In this document: one piece after another, positions 12,430 to 23,349 of the stretch
Layout of the letters: every line of letters begins with the position of its first letter
How positions within the stretch are numbered: the stretch's first letter is position 1
Source of the DNA: Tubulanus polymorphus
Taxonomy: Eukaryota; Animalia; Nemertea
Direction: 5' to 3'
Assembly: GCF_964204645.1 (NCBI RefSeq)
Contig: NC_134032.1
Location: forward strand, 124,001-188,000
DNA: 64,000 nucleotides
Position numbers and translations under genes: made by a program
Notes under the pieces: model-generated
Told to the model about the DNA's origin: nothing
Database searches by the model: none
The model's input: only the letters and a program-made list of their open reading frames with translations

Positions 12430-13620
12430 CAGGTCACACCGGAATTCTTCAGTCACTCTGTCATCATCATTCAACTTCATTTTCAATCTTCTGTGACTAG
12501 GGGGGTCTTGTTCTTCACACTGAAACAGAACATACAGGCCGCACCTGAATCAGGCCACTCTGTTGTGTGCTGGGGGTGAAGACACGTACTCTGTGGCCTA
12601 GTCTTCTGGGGTCTTGTCTCAGCGATGACCCTGAAATTGTCATTTTTATTTCAACTAAACGTTTTTACATGAAAGTCGTTTTCTTATAAAACAAAAGATT
12701 AGAAAAAAACGGAAATTCTGAAATAAAAGGAAAACACCTGAAAATAGAGAGAAACCCTGGAAATAGAAGCGTAAAATACAGGATCCTAAAATAAATATAT
12801 TAGGCATCGAAATAAACAAACAGCTTTCTCTATCTGCAAGACCAGAGACCCAGAGACCCCACAGGACCCTGATACAAATATCACCCAAATTCCTTTACTT
12901 AAACTTACACATTTCGTTGGAAATTGTACTAATTTTCATGCCTTTCTAAAAACTTACTAACTCACAGAGTAAGTTCCTAATAACTAACTTAACCTATAAA
13001 ACATAATTTCAGCTGTTAATGTTTTTCTAACTCACAGTTTATCCAATCCTGTGTGTGTAATGTATGAATCCAGGGATCCTCAGAATTATAGTCGGTTTTT
13101 ATCCTCGTGTTTTTGATAAAAGTTCACAGTTTATTATGAGCGCAGTTTGTTGTAATATCGCAATAATCCTGATTTAATTGAACTCCGATTGAATCGATTC
13201 CAAGTTCCGTGAAGCCTGAAAAATAAAACAAAGAAGAAATTCAAACATCCATAGTCGAAATACCGATAAATTCATTTCCAGGGCAAAATCCCCTCACAGC
13301 TTCGCGCCTCACTGCACTCGCTTTACGGGGGGGGGGGGTGCCCCTTGTAATCGAAAAGGTACCCCACGTATGTTGCCCCCCCCCCCTGCAAATTATCCCT
13401 CCATCTACCCTTGTATCTGAATAGTCTATAAGTAACGAGTAGAAGTTTATATGCCGTTTACATTGCTGGGTTTCACACGTGTGAAAATCAACTCACTTTT
13501 TCACGTAAATATCTAGAAATTTGCGATGCGGAAATCTCGACAAACTCACCTAACAATCGCGTTCATCTTATCCGTATCAGTTTTTTCGTTTCTGAATTGT
13601 TTTTTTATCGTTTAATTTCG
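12430..13620 (-). ncRNA. Candidate spliced non-coding transcript (exons ~13550+, ~13036-13216, ~12546-12630, <=12520)
   Basis: Ordered minus-strand donors (gtgagt at ~13549 and ~13035, gtgcgg at ~12545) and acceptors (ttttcag ~13217, atttcag ~12631, gtttcag ~12520); CCAAT/GC-rich promoter-like segment at 13700-13830; no convincing ORF. Confidence 0.35.
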
Positions 13621-14270
13621 TGTTTTATGATGTAAATTAAACCGCGATTGTGACGGATTCTAATGAAGCGGGTTTCTTGCTCGCTTTGCACTCGGCTCGT
13701 GCGCGGCTGGTCATCGCGGCCGGCGATTGGCCGCATAATTGATGCGGGCGCAATAAGTAATTCTGATTGGTCAAGTGGCGCGCATAGCTAATGATGACCT
13801 GAACTGGACAGAACCGGTTTCGGTGACCCTGATGATGATACATGTACAACTGAATTCTATATTGCGCAATACAGCCAGGCTAACTGTTATTTATCTATTT
13901 GACCGACAGAGACATTAGTGAAACCGTTAGTGAAAATAAATATATTAGGCATCGAAATAAACAAACTGCTTTCTCTATCTGCAAGACCAGAGACCCAGAG
14001 ACTCCACAGGACCCTGACGCAAATAGCACCCAAATTCCTTTACTTAAACTTACACATTTCGTTGGAAATTGTACTAATTTTTATGCATTTCTATAACTTA
14101 CTAACTCACCGAGTAAGTTCCTAATAACTAACTAAACCTATAAAACATAATTTCAGCTGTTAATGTTTTTCTAACTCACAGTTTATCCAATCCTGTGTGT
14201 GTAATGTATGAATCCAATGATAATCTTTGAGTCATTTTGAATCCTTGTGTTTTTTGATAAAAGTTCAGTT
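12789..14270. repeat. Local direct duplication of ~340 bp (12789-13130 and 13934-14270)
   Basis: Both copies start aaataaatatattaggcatcgaaataaacaaac and run near-identically through ctgtgtgtgtaatgtatgaatcc...tttttgataaaagttca. Confidence 0.9.
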
Positions 14271-15569
14271 TATTGAGCACAGTTTATATCAATCCGGAAC
14301 TAGTTTGAGCGCGATTTCATTCCAAATAAATCCTGAACAAGAAGACAATTCGAATTCCATTGAATTTCCAGTAACGGCTCACTTTTTGAGAACGGTTTAT
14401 CTTTCGTTTCAGCGAGATAACATTCAGAATAAATCCTAATATGTTCACAAGAGGTGTCTAATTGTTTACGGGAGACAGTTTGAGCACCTCTGTCCAGACT
14501 GGTAAACCATACACCATCGCGATAACCTCCAGGTGCGAACATATACAAGACACCCAGATGTAATAATCTGCGCGAACGACAAGAATTGTCGAACACAATG
14601 AAGCTTCATATTTCATATTATTATCTAACTATTGGGGTCACTGGTCATAATCCATCTTCGCTCTATAAACTGCGCGGTGACTCTAGTGAAGATATCAATC
14701 CATTCTGAACTGCATGAAGTATATATCGGTATAAATCACACATCTCTAATAGCAAAATGATTTAATTTGAAAATTGAATAATTGAGTTTGCCGCTAAAAC
14801 CAGGTCCACCTTCCAAAACATCCTCATTAATGATTGGACGCATAATTAGTCATACTCATCGATGATTGGCTAATTGGTACGAAATATGCGTAATGTAAAC
14901 TAGATGAAACCGGTTTCGATGGGACCCGCGCGTCACGTGGGCATTTGACACATTTCACGAGATGTTTCTCATTCTCTACTGAAGGTCATTGAATCTGTAT
15001 CGGAAGTCATCGAATTTATTCTGTAGCGTTGAGTGTGAAACACAAAATCCAGAGTTCCACATTTTTTGTCAAAGAAAATTTATTATTGGATGTTTTTATG
15101 TATTTAATTTGAAGGAGATGAGTTTATTTAATTTACAAGATAAACAGTTCAAACATGGAACACAGTTTCAAATCCCTCACAATTATAAACACTTCTGATT
15201 TCCAGTTCAAATCACGAGGAGTTCAAAATATCAGAAAACCCGTGATTTTATTCACTTTAAAATAATAGTATTTTATACAGCGCCATCTGACTACATTTAA
15301 AATTTTGTTATCATTTCGGGTTCATTGGATTAAACATTTTCAAAATTTTGTTTTCCAAAGTCGATCTGGAGTGGAATGTGGCCACTTGCAAAGTTGAATA
15401 TCAAACCTTTGAGAGAAATGTCGATGGAAATCCTGGATATTGATTTTCTTATTTGTGAAAAGTCTGCAAGTGCTACTCGTTTTTTAATGTGGCTACCAAC
15501 AAACACGTAACACCAATAATACCGTGAACCTTTATCAACTACACAGGTATCAACAAATTCTTGCAAAAG

Positions 15570-15875
15570 CAATTCATAAAACTAGAAATAAATCATGATT
15601 TGTTTTTGATAATAGACGGGTATTGAATACTGGATGGATCGCCGTAAACCGCGCACATTCCATGACGAAGTGGAATTCCGACTCCACTTCGCCAGATTGG
15701 CAGATCTGACATGTCCTTTTTTTCCGCGGGTAGTTTCGGATATTGATATCGGCCAGTTTCAATACGGAGCGAGTGGGCACTAATGCGTCATTTTGAGAAG
15801 TTCCTACGGGTGGCGGCAGAGTTTGAACAGCGTAAATAATTTTCAGCTCCGAAGTGAGTTTTAAATAATTGATAG
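15570..15875 (-). mobile_element. Degenerate LINE ORF2 3' end (C-terminal Cys/His motif)
   Basis: Minus-strand translation across a stop and a frameshift gives FGAENYL...RRNFSK*RISAHSLRIETGRY...RTCQICQSGEVESEFHFVMEC, the typical end of invertebrate non-LTR element ORF2. Confidence 0.8.
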
Positions 15876-16363
15876 GTGCGTAGATTAGGGTTTGAAGGGC
15901 ATTTTTGGGCCGATGCTGTGAAAAGAAAATTTTCTAAGAATGGCAAAAAAGCTTTTCGGAGGATTTAACCTGAAAATTCCGCTTAGATTTTTAGTGTTTT
16001 AAGCTACTGGGAACCTCTCAAATTGCATCTCACGAATTTGGAGTCTGGATGAGATGGATATACGAAGATAATATGGACGCTGAGCAGACCTCCCGCATCA
16101 GAAATATTACTTTAGTGTGAAATGAATTTCTCGCGGGGAACTGCTATCAATGAAATTGATTTTACACGTGGAATTCAACGTGTATTTGCAGTGTCTGAAT
16201 GTCAAGGTCAGATCGACGTTAAAGTACAATATGATGAAAAACACTCGTAGAATTTGAAAACGTTTTTCACCTCATTGAATTCATGCATTTATTGATCTGA
16301 TCTGATCTGATGTCTGGTGTGTATAGAGTCACGTGATAACGTGCCGATCGAAAGTTGTGGAGA

Positions 16364-17690
16364 ACCCAGTTCCACAGCGCTGAGTCGTTTTTCCACAGTT
16401 CAGGACCCAGTTCCACAGTCCAGGACCCAGTTCCACAGTCCAGGACCCAGTTCCACAGCGCTGAGTCGTTTTTCCACAGTTCAGGATCCAGTTCCACAGC
16501 GCTGAGTCGTTTTTCCACAGTTCAGGATCCAGTTCCACAGCGCTGAGTCGTTTTTCCACAGTTCAGGATCCAGTTCCACAGCGCTGAGTCGTTTTTCCAC
16601 AGTTCAGGACCCAGTTCCACAGTCCAGGACCCAGTTCCACAGTCCAGGACCCAGTTCCACGGTCCAGGACCCAGTTCCACGGTCCAGGACCCAGTTCCAC
16701 GGTCCAGGACCCAGTTCCACGGTTCAGGACCCAGTTCCACAGTTCAGGACCCAGTTCCACAGTTCAGGACCCAGTTCCACGGTCCAGGACCCAGTTCCAC
16801 GGTCCAGGACCCAGTTCCACGGTCCAGGACCCAGTTCCACGGTCCAGGACCCAGTTCCACGGTTCAGGACCCAGTTCCACAGTTCAGGACCCAGTTCCAC
16901 AGTCCAGGACCCAGTTCCACAGCGCTGAGTCGTTTTTCCACAGTTCAGGATCCAGTTCCACAGCGCTGAGTCGTTTTTCCACAGTTCAGGATCCAGTTCC
17001 ACAGCGCTGAGTCGTTTTTCCACAGTTCAGGACCCAGTTCCACAGTCCAGGACCCAGTTCCACAGTCCAGGACCCAGTTCCACGGTCCAGGACCCAGTTC
17101 CACGGTCCAGGACCCAGTTCCACGGTCCAGGACCCAGTTCCACGGTTCAGGACCCAGTTCCACAGTTCAGGACCCAGTTCCACAGTTCAGGACCCAGTTC
17201 CACGGTCCAGGACCCAGTTCCACGGTCCAGGACCCAGTTCCACGGTCCAGGACCCAGTTCCACGGTCCAGGACCCAGTTCCACGGTTCAGGACCCAGTTC
17301 CACAGTTCAGGACCCAGTTCCACAGTTCAGGACCCAGTTCCACAGTCCAGGACCCAGTTCCACAGTCCAGGACCCAGTTCCACGGTCCAGGACCCAGTTC
17401 CATGGTTCAGGACCCAGTTCCACGGTCCAGGACCCAGTTCCACAGTTCAGGGCCCAGTTCCACGGTTCAGGACCCAGTTCCACAGTTCAGGGCCTAGTTC
17501 CACATTTCAGGACCCAGTTCCACAATGCTGGGTCGCGTTCCCATAGTTCAAGATACAGTTCAACAGCGCTGGTTCGTGTTTGCATAGTTGTGGATCCAGT
17601 TCCACAACGTTGGGTCGTGTATCCACAGAGGATCCAGTTCCACAACGTTGGGTCGTGTATCCACAGAGGATCCAGTTCTACAGTTGTCCA
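16364..17690. repeat. Compound satellite: 20-bp unit (caggacccagttccac[a/g]gt[t/c]) with interspersed 41-bp units
   Basis: Dozens of tandem copies with a visible ~423-bp higher-order duplication (identical ORF translations at 16522-16740 and 16945-17163). Confidence 0.95.
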
Positions 17691-17914
17691 ACTCAGAACT
17701 ATGGGACTGGGTCCTTACTAAGGATTTCGTGAAAGCAAATCTTTGGAAACATTTAACGAATTTGATATCCTATTTCCCATGTTTTTTTCATACTAGTGTA
17801 GAAATGTTAAAGGTAAAATTTAAGTACCCGTACATAGGTAACAGGATCCACAATGTGATCGCATGATTCGATGAAAAATCAATTTCATTGACATCAGTCC
17901 CGAGCGGGCCAAGC

Positions 17915-17990
17915 TATTTATATAGCACTCCAGTAATATTTCTACTGACAGTTTTGACGGACCCCCGAAAACTCTGTTCGTATTCGGTAA
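17915..17990 (+). promoter_or_regulatory. Candidate TATA promoter and non-coding first exon of the lectin gene
   Basis: TATTTATATA at 17915-17924, then a donor cg|gtaaga at ~17986 and an acceptor attcag at ~18076 upstream of the ATG. Confidence 0.45.
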
Positions 17991-18106
17991 GAAAACTTTA
18001 TTTCAATATTTTATAAATATTTTATCCCGATACGCACCTAGCACTACTACGATTAAACTTCTGTTAAAACATTCAGCTAAAAGGGAACGCATTTGACTCG
18101 CTGAAG

Positions 18107-19186
18107 ATGAAATTGTTAACTTCGATTCTGTTACTAGTTTGTTCTGCAACGGCAGGTAAATGTTCCGATTTAATTGTTTATGACAAATATAGCTGCCAGG
18201 CAGCTATAGCGGGTTTATGTACAGTTGGACTGGAAGTTAATTGTAAAAGTTTCACAATTCGAATTTTATATGACATAATTTACTATTGTGAAACCAAAAC
18301 GGGTCGGCTGCTGCTGAGTTAAAGCCGTTTCATCATCACCTGATGTGACGTGAATGTTAGCCAAACAGCTGAAAATGCTGTCGTTTCATAATTATAAAAT
18401 TCTATCATATGAAATTTGAATTGAGGGACTTATTCAGTTATCTACGGTTTGCGCGGAATAGAGTGTTATTATTACTGGACTTGTTACTCGAATAACAATC
18501 ATTTCACTATGTTTTACAGTTTTAGCTTGTTTGTGTCCACCTGGTTCAACAACGGCTGGAATGAAATGTCTCCGGTTTGTCAATGACGCAACCTGTGGTT
18601 CCTTCGGCAAAATAGCTGTGATAAATAACCCGCAGGAAAATACCGTGGCTTTTAGTAAAAAAAAACTTCTATCAATCTGTTTTATAATCGCTATCGTTGA
18701 TTTCAAATACTCAATGAATTTCATCGTTTTCAGATTTATTTCAAAACAGCGACAGAAAGTTCTACTTAGCCTATCTCGGTTTTAAGCGACCGTTTGATAT
18801 GGTGAGTACAAACTGGCGAGGTTGGAATTCTTAGTCTCACGAGCCGGCCGTGTGATACTGGTTCCAGGAGGAAATCAAGCGATTATGATTTATTAAAATC
18901 TGTTTCAAGTATTACAAGATTTCTGGTTCAATAATACCTCTTTAGGCATCAACATCATCAACAGCGCTTGGACTCAGGGCGGGGCTCCAGTGGCTTCTAA
19001 TCCAGTTATATATTCTCATTGTAGTACGGGCGTTTCACAAACTGGCAGATAGGTGAACCAAATAACCAAGGATATGCAGGTCCCGAAGATTGTGTTGCGA
19101 TTGATAGAAAGAACGGACGATGGCTCGATGTCGCCTGTTCACTGGGATACCCTCTTATTTGTGAAGATAGCTGTACTGGGTTGTAG
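18107..19186 (+). CDS. Secreted single-domain C-type lectin, ~138 aa (exons 18107-18155, 18520-18654, 18734-18801, 19025-19186)
   Basis: Signal peptide MKLLTSILLLVCSATA; CPPG...CLRF start; YLGF; last exon FTNWQIGEPNNQGYAGPEDCVAIDRKNGRWLDVACSLGYPLICE. Splice phases (1,1,0) are consistent. Confidence 0.85.
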
Positions 19187-19612
19187 AGTTGGTGGTGACG
19201 CCACATATACTAAAACAGTGATATTCAAATACATAAGAAGTATTGATTGTCATTTTGAAACAAATAAAACTGCAAACCGCTTCTTTAGAAAAATCAAACT
19301 GTTAGTCATGTCTCTCGAGCTGTATGTATTCCCTCCCTCGATCGACCCTACCTGGATGTAGATTCCCTCCCTCAACCTGGCTGTAGATTCCCTCCCTCGA
19401 CCTGGCTGTAGATTCCCTCCCTCAACCTGGATAATGTGGTTTCCCGGCACTGGACCTGGATGACGTGGATTCCTTCCCTCATTTTTTCCGGGGACATTTT
19501 TTCCATGGGACGTTTTTCCGATGAGAATTTTTCCGGGAACATTTTTCCCCGGGACATTTTACCTACATTCGGTTGACAACAATGGCCCTGCAATCAAAAT
19601 AACAAGTTGGCC

Positions 19613-20410
19613 GGGATATCGACAAATTCAAGTTTTTGAATGACTCGTTTGATGGCGCTAGTCGGAACCGGAAATTGGAACCTAAATCCGCCATGTTCTA
19701 GTTCATTTGCGATAAAAATCTCTCGCTTCAAGTTTTTAGTTAGCCATATTTTGATTACATAGGCACGCGTAATCCTTTTATTATGATATCCTGACAATGT
19801 GTTGAATTCGATAAAATCTCACTTCGAACGCTAATGATCACTAGAAATGTAAAAAAAACTACCAAAAATCACAAATTTAGCGATGACGCTCGACTAAGCA
19901 GCTAACGGAGGTAATGACTGGTGCCGGGTGTCATCACTTTGTCGTTGAGTTCAAGACTCTAAGGTGAATTTGTTGCAGGCTTCACTGATAAATATGAAAT
20001 AATATTATGAAATAAAATTGACTTTAGAAGGACTTCACTCATAGATTCATAATAAAAATATGAAAAGTACCAGGACTCAAACCAACAATCGAAATTGGGC
20101 CGTCAAGTGCTGCCACCATGTGATACCTGGCAACCAGTCTTTACATCTTCAGACGATGCAAAATGTTTTTTTATAATTTTAGGACACTTATAGTGATTTC
20201 TAGCCTTTTCAGTGAGGTTTTATCATATCCAACGTAGTGGTAGGATAACATATTCAAAGGATTATGGGTGACGATATATAGTAAGGAAAATATCGCTCAT
20301 TGAAAACTTGAAGCGAGAGATTTTCAAATAAACTAGAGCATGGAGGATTTAGGTTCCAATTTCCGGTTCTGACTAGCGCCATCAAACGAGTAATTCAAGA
20401 ACTTGAATTT
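19613..20410. mobile_element. Foldback/MITE-like element with ~110-bp inverted arms
   Basis: 19625-19737 (aattcaagtttttgaatgactcgtttgatggcgctagtc...cgcttcaagttttt) is the near reverse complement of 20303-20410. Confidence 0.7.
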
Positions 20411-21967
20411 CCTAGCAACGAAATTTCATATCAATCTGTGTGAAAATTGAAATCATAGTCTTTAGTTTCCGGAACAACGCGTCGACTCGTGTTGCTAAAA
20501 AGACATAATTAAGTGGCCATTGAGCATTCTAGCCTTCAGCCATCTTAATACGGGATATCGACAAATTCAAGTTCAAGTAATTGGACTTCGTAGTGATGAG
20601 TATGTCCGGATACATGTATAAACAAAATATCAGGACAATCCATTGGATTGGAGTGTCTTCAAAACTTCCCCAAATAATAACTAGATTCCGTCTACGGACG
20701 GACGGCGGACATAAAGTTAACGCAATAGCCCACTTGGGACTAAAGTCTCAAGTGGGCTAAAAAACTAGATCCGTTCAACAACCACTGAACCTAAAAACAT
20801 CAGTTTCATTAAAAAAAAACACACTGGTAAAAATACTTTTAGATCGAAAAGATTTATTTGTAAAAAATGCGGTTACATTTGACACACGAACATCGAACGA
20901 CCGACCAAACATTATAGAAATAATTTTTATGAAATATCGAAATCGCCTTGACTTGAATTCATTTTATAGTACATAATACAATATTTACAAATGTCGATTC
21001 AGTAAATGCATAATTGTTGAAAGATAAACGAACTACATATCGCGATAGTATAGAACCAGGGGTGAATCTATAGGGTCAGATTCAGGGAGGGCACACTCTG
21101 GTGTGTGTAATTAAAAGGGCACCCAAAAAATATTCATCAGAAAAAATTTTGTAAATACATCGAACAACAAGGAGAATATAAACTTTTTGCTGCTAATTCA
21201 TGATTTTCATACAAAATTTTAGGTCGAGTTGACTTCTTTTAAAAAGGGGTGTGCACCCTGCACCTTCCCTTCAGATCCGTCTCTGGGAGAACTAATCTAT
21301 CATATCATTCATTCTTTAAAAATTCAGATACCTTTATATATATATATATACATTTCAGGGGCTGCAGGCGGCCAGTTGCCCAAAACTTGGTTTAAGTCAA
21401 CCAGTCGATTACAAGTAACCATTGAAACTGGTTAAAGTGGAATTTAAGCAGTTTTCAGCGTGGCGCCACCTACCAGGAAATCAAGGAAAAATAAAGGATA
21501 TTCCTTGCAGATAGGGAATAGACAGGGAATATACGAGGAATTTTGTACCCTAATAATCGGGGAATAGTAGGTCAGGAAAATCTTTAAGTCGGGGAATTTT
21601 TGTTTCCTTTCTGGGAATTTTGTAGAAAAGCAAAAAATAGGGGAAAAGTCATTAATAAAATGAAACAGTTTCTGTCTGTGTTTTACGTGTTTGACTGCGT
21701 TAATCGATTGGATTCTTAGCAGAGAAAACAACGCGCAAATCCAGAAGTAGACATGGGAAAGGGTGGAAGGCAAATCAAATAAAATTGGCCACTCTGTCAC
21801 TGGTTAACATAAACTATCCTTTGAGCAACAACAGATCATAAAATAAAATCCAGCGTTAATTTCAAGATCTGCTCCTGCGATCGAGTTCCAGTCTGATAAA
21901 GTCTCACTTACGGAAATGACATTTCATCTCTCCAAAAATACTTTGTTATCATTAGGCCAAAAAAGAT

Positions 21968-22161
21968 TGATACCTTGTTTCTCCGCTCTGCTGAGCTTAA
22001 ATGTTGACCCGGCCGGCCGCCTATCTACCCTATACATTACTTTTTTTAAAATCGTGATCAATTTCACCATAACAGACCCGGCCGCTATAGAAATGAACTG
22101 TTCATAAATTTTATCATATTTTACAAAAATGACCCGGCCGCTGCGGAGAAACAAGGTATCA
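21968..22161. mobile_element. MITE-like element with TIR tgataccttgtttctccgc
   Basis: 19-bp inverted termini; a related partial copy lies at ~37397-37450. Confidence 0.6.
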
Positions 22162-22193
22162 TTTTTGTTTAGCCTTAAAGTAGAGCACAATTA

Positions 22194-22350
22194 GGGATCA
22201 TTCATTTATTACGTCCGCATTAGGGGAGGGGTCAGTGAAATTGGGTACTGTAATGCTTAATGTTTATGATAAAATGGCCGATTTTGCGTACAGAGGGGGG
22301 GGGGGTTGAAAAATTCAAATTCTATGCGTACGTAATAAATGAATGATCCC
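22194..22350. mobile_element. Tourist/PIF-Harbinger-like MITE
   Basis: ~27-bp TIR gggatcattcatttattacgt(c/a)cgcat, flanked on both sides by TTA (22191-93 and 22351-53). Confidence 0.8.
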
Positions 22351-22945
22351 TTACAGGTCTACGCAGAGTAGGAGTTTGTGAAACAATTCGACAAGTTTAG
22401 AGCAAAGGGCAGGGGGTCGAACAACGACGCCATTTTTGGTACGAATCAGTTTTGTAAATCAGCTATCGAGACATTCCTATTCCGGCAATCGTCGATTATG
22501 CGATTCAGAGCGTAATGACCTAGATTCACAGTTGCGTGGGTTGAATTCAAACTAATTCCAACATTTCCCCCTGCCGATCGAAATACTCCCTATATATAAA
22601 CTTGAATGATAACATCGCGCAGCACATCATGATCGGATCCTGAAAAATGAATAATAACAATTATTCAGTATTCATTGTTTATTACCGCTACCTATAGTAA
22701 CATGTATCTACCACACGAATGTATTTTTACCAAAATTTACTCCAGGAGATTTTGATTCTCACAGCAAATACGCTTCACAGGGGCACGGGTGGGAGCTCTT
22801 GAATCCATACATTATAAGTGGACCGATGAATTATTAATCAAATTCACCCCTCCCCACAGATATACTCGGATAGTTTTCATTTAAAGAGAAAAAAAGTTCA
22901 TTCCGTGTTGCTAGAATGCGGTAGGAACGCGACGGACCGAGTAAC

Positions 22946-23245
22946 TACTAGCGACACCTAGTGGATCCTCACTTGCCACAAATGGAATTCTCTAATGCCG
23001 CAGTAGTTGATGTTTTTCAGCACACTAGCGACACCTGGTGGATCCTCACTTGCCACAAGTTGAATCCTCTGTTGCCGCAGTACTTGGTGTCCTACTGTAC
23101 ACTAGCGACACCTGGTGGATCCTCACTTGCCACAAGTGGAATCCACTAATGCCGCAGTAGTTGACGTTCTACTGCGCACTAGCGACACCTGGTGGATCCT
23201 CACTTGCCACAAGTGGAATCCTCTAATTCCGCAGTAGTTGATGTC
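22946..23245. repeat. ~75-bp tandem repeat x4 with core cactagcgacacctggtgg
   Basis: Four copies; the same core is repeated three times at 37737-37833. Confidence 0.9.
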
Positions 23246-23349
23246 CCCATATCCTGGACATTTTACGCGCTAGCATTTTAGGGGAACCGGTGCAAACTAT
23301 GCTCAAAATGTTTAAAATACAGCTCTCACCTGTTAGCGACGTGTTCAGC

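Noticed and set aside
13791-13832. ATGATGA...CTGA resembling a C/D-box snoRNA
   Set aside because: Only ~40 nt between the boxes, no terminal stem, and it lies in a promoter-like segment.
16267-17183. Many overlapping ORFs (WNWVLDRGTGSWTVELGP...)
   Set aside because: Translations of the satellite.
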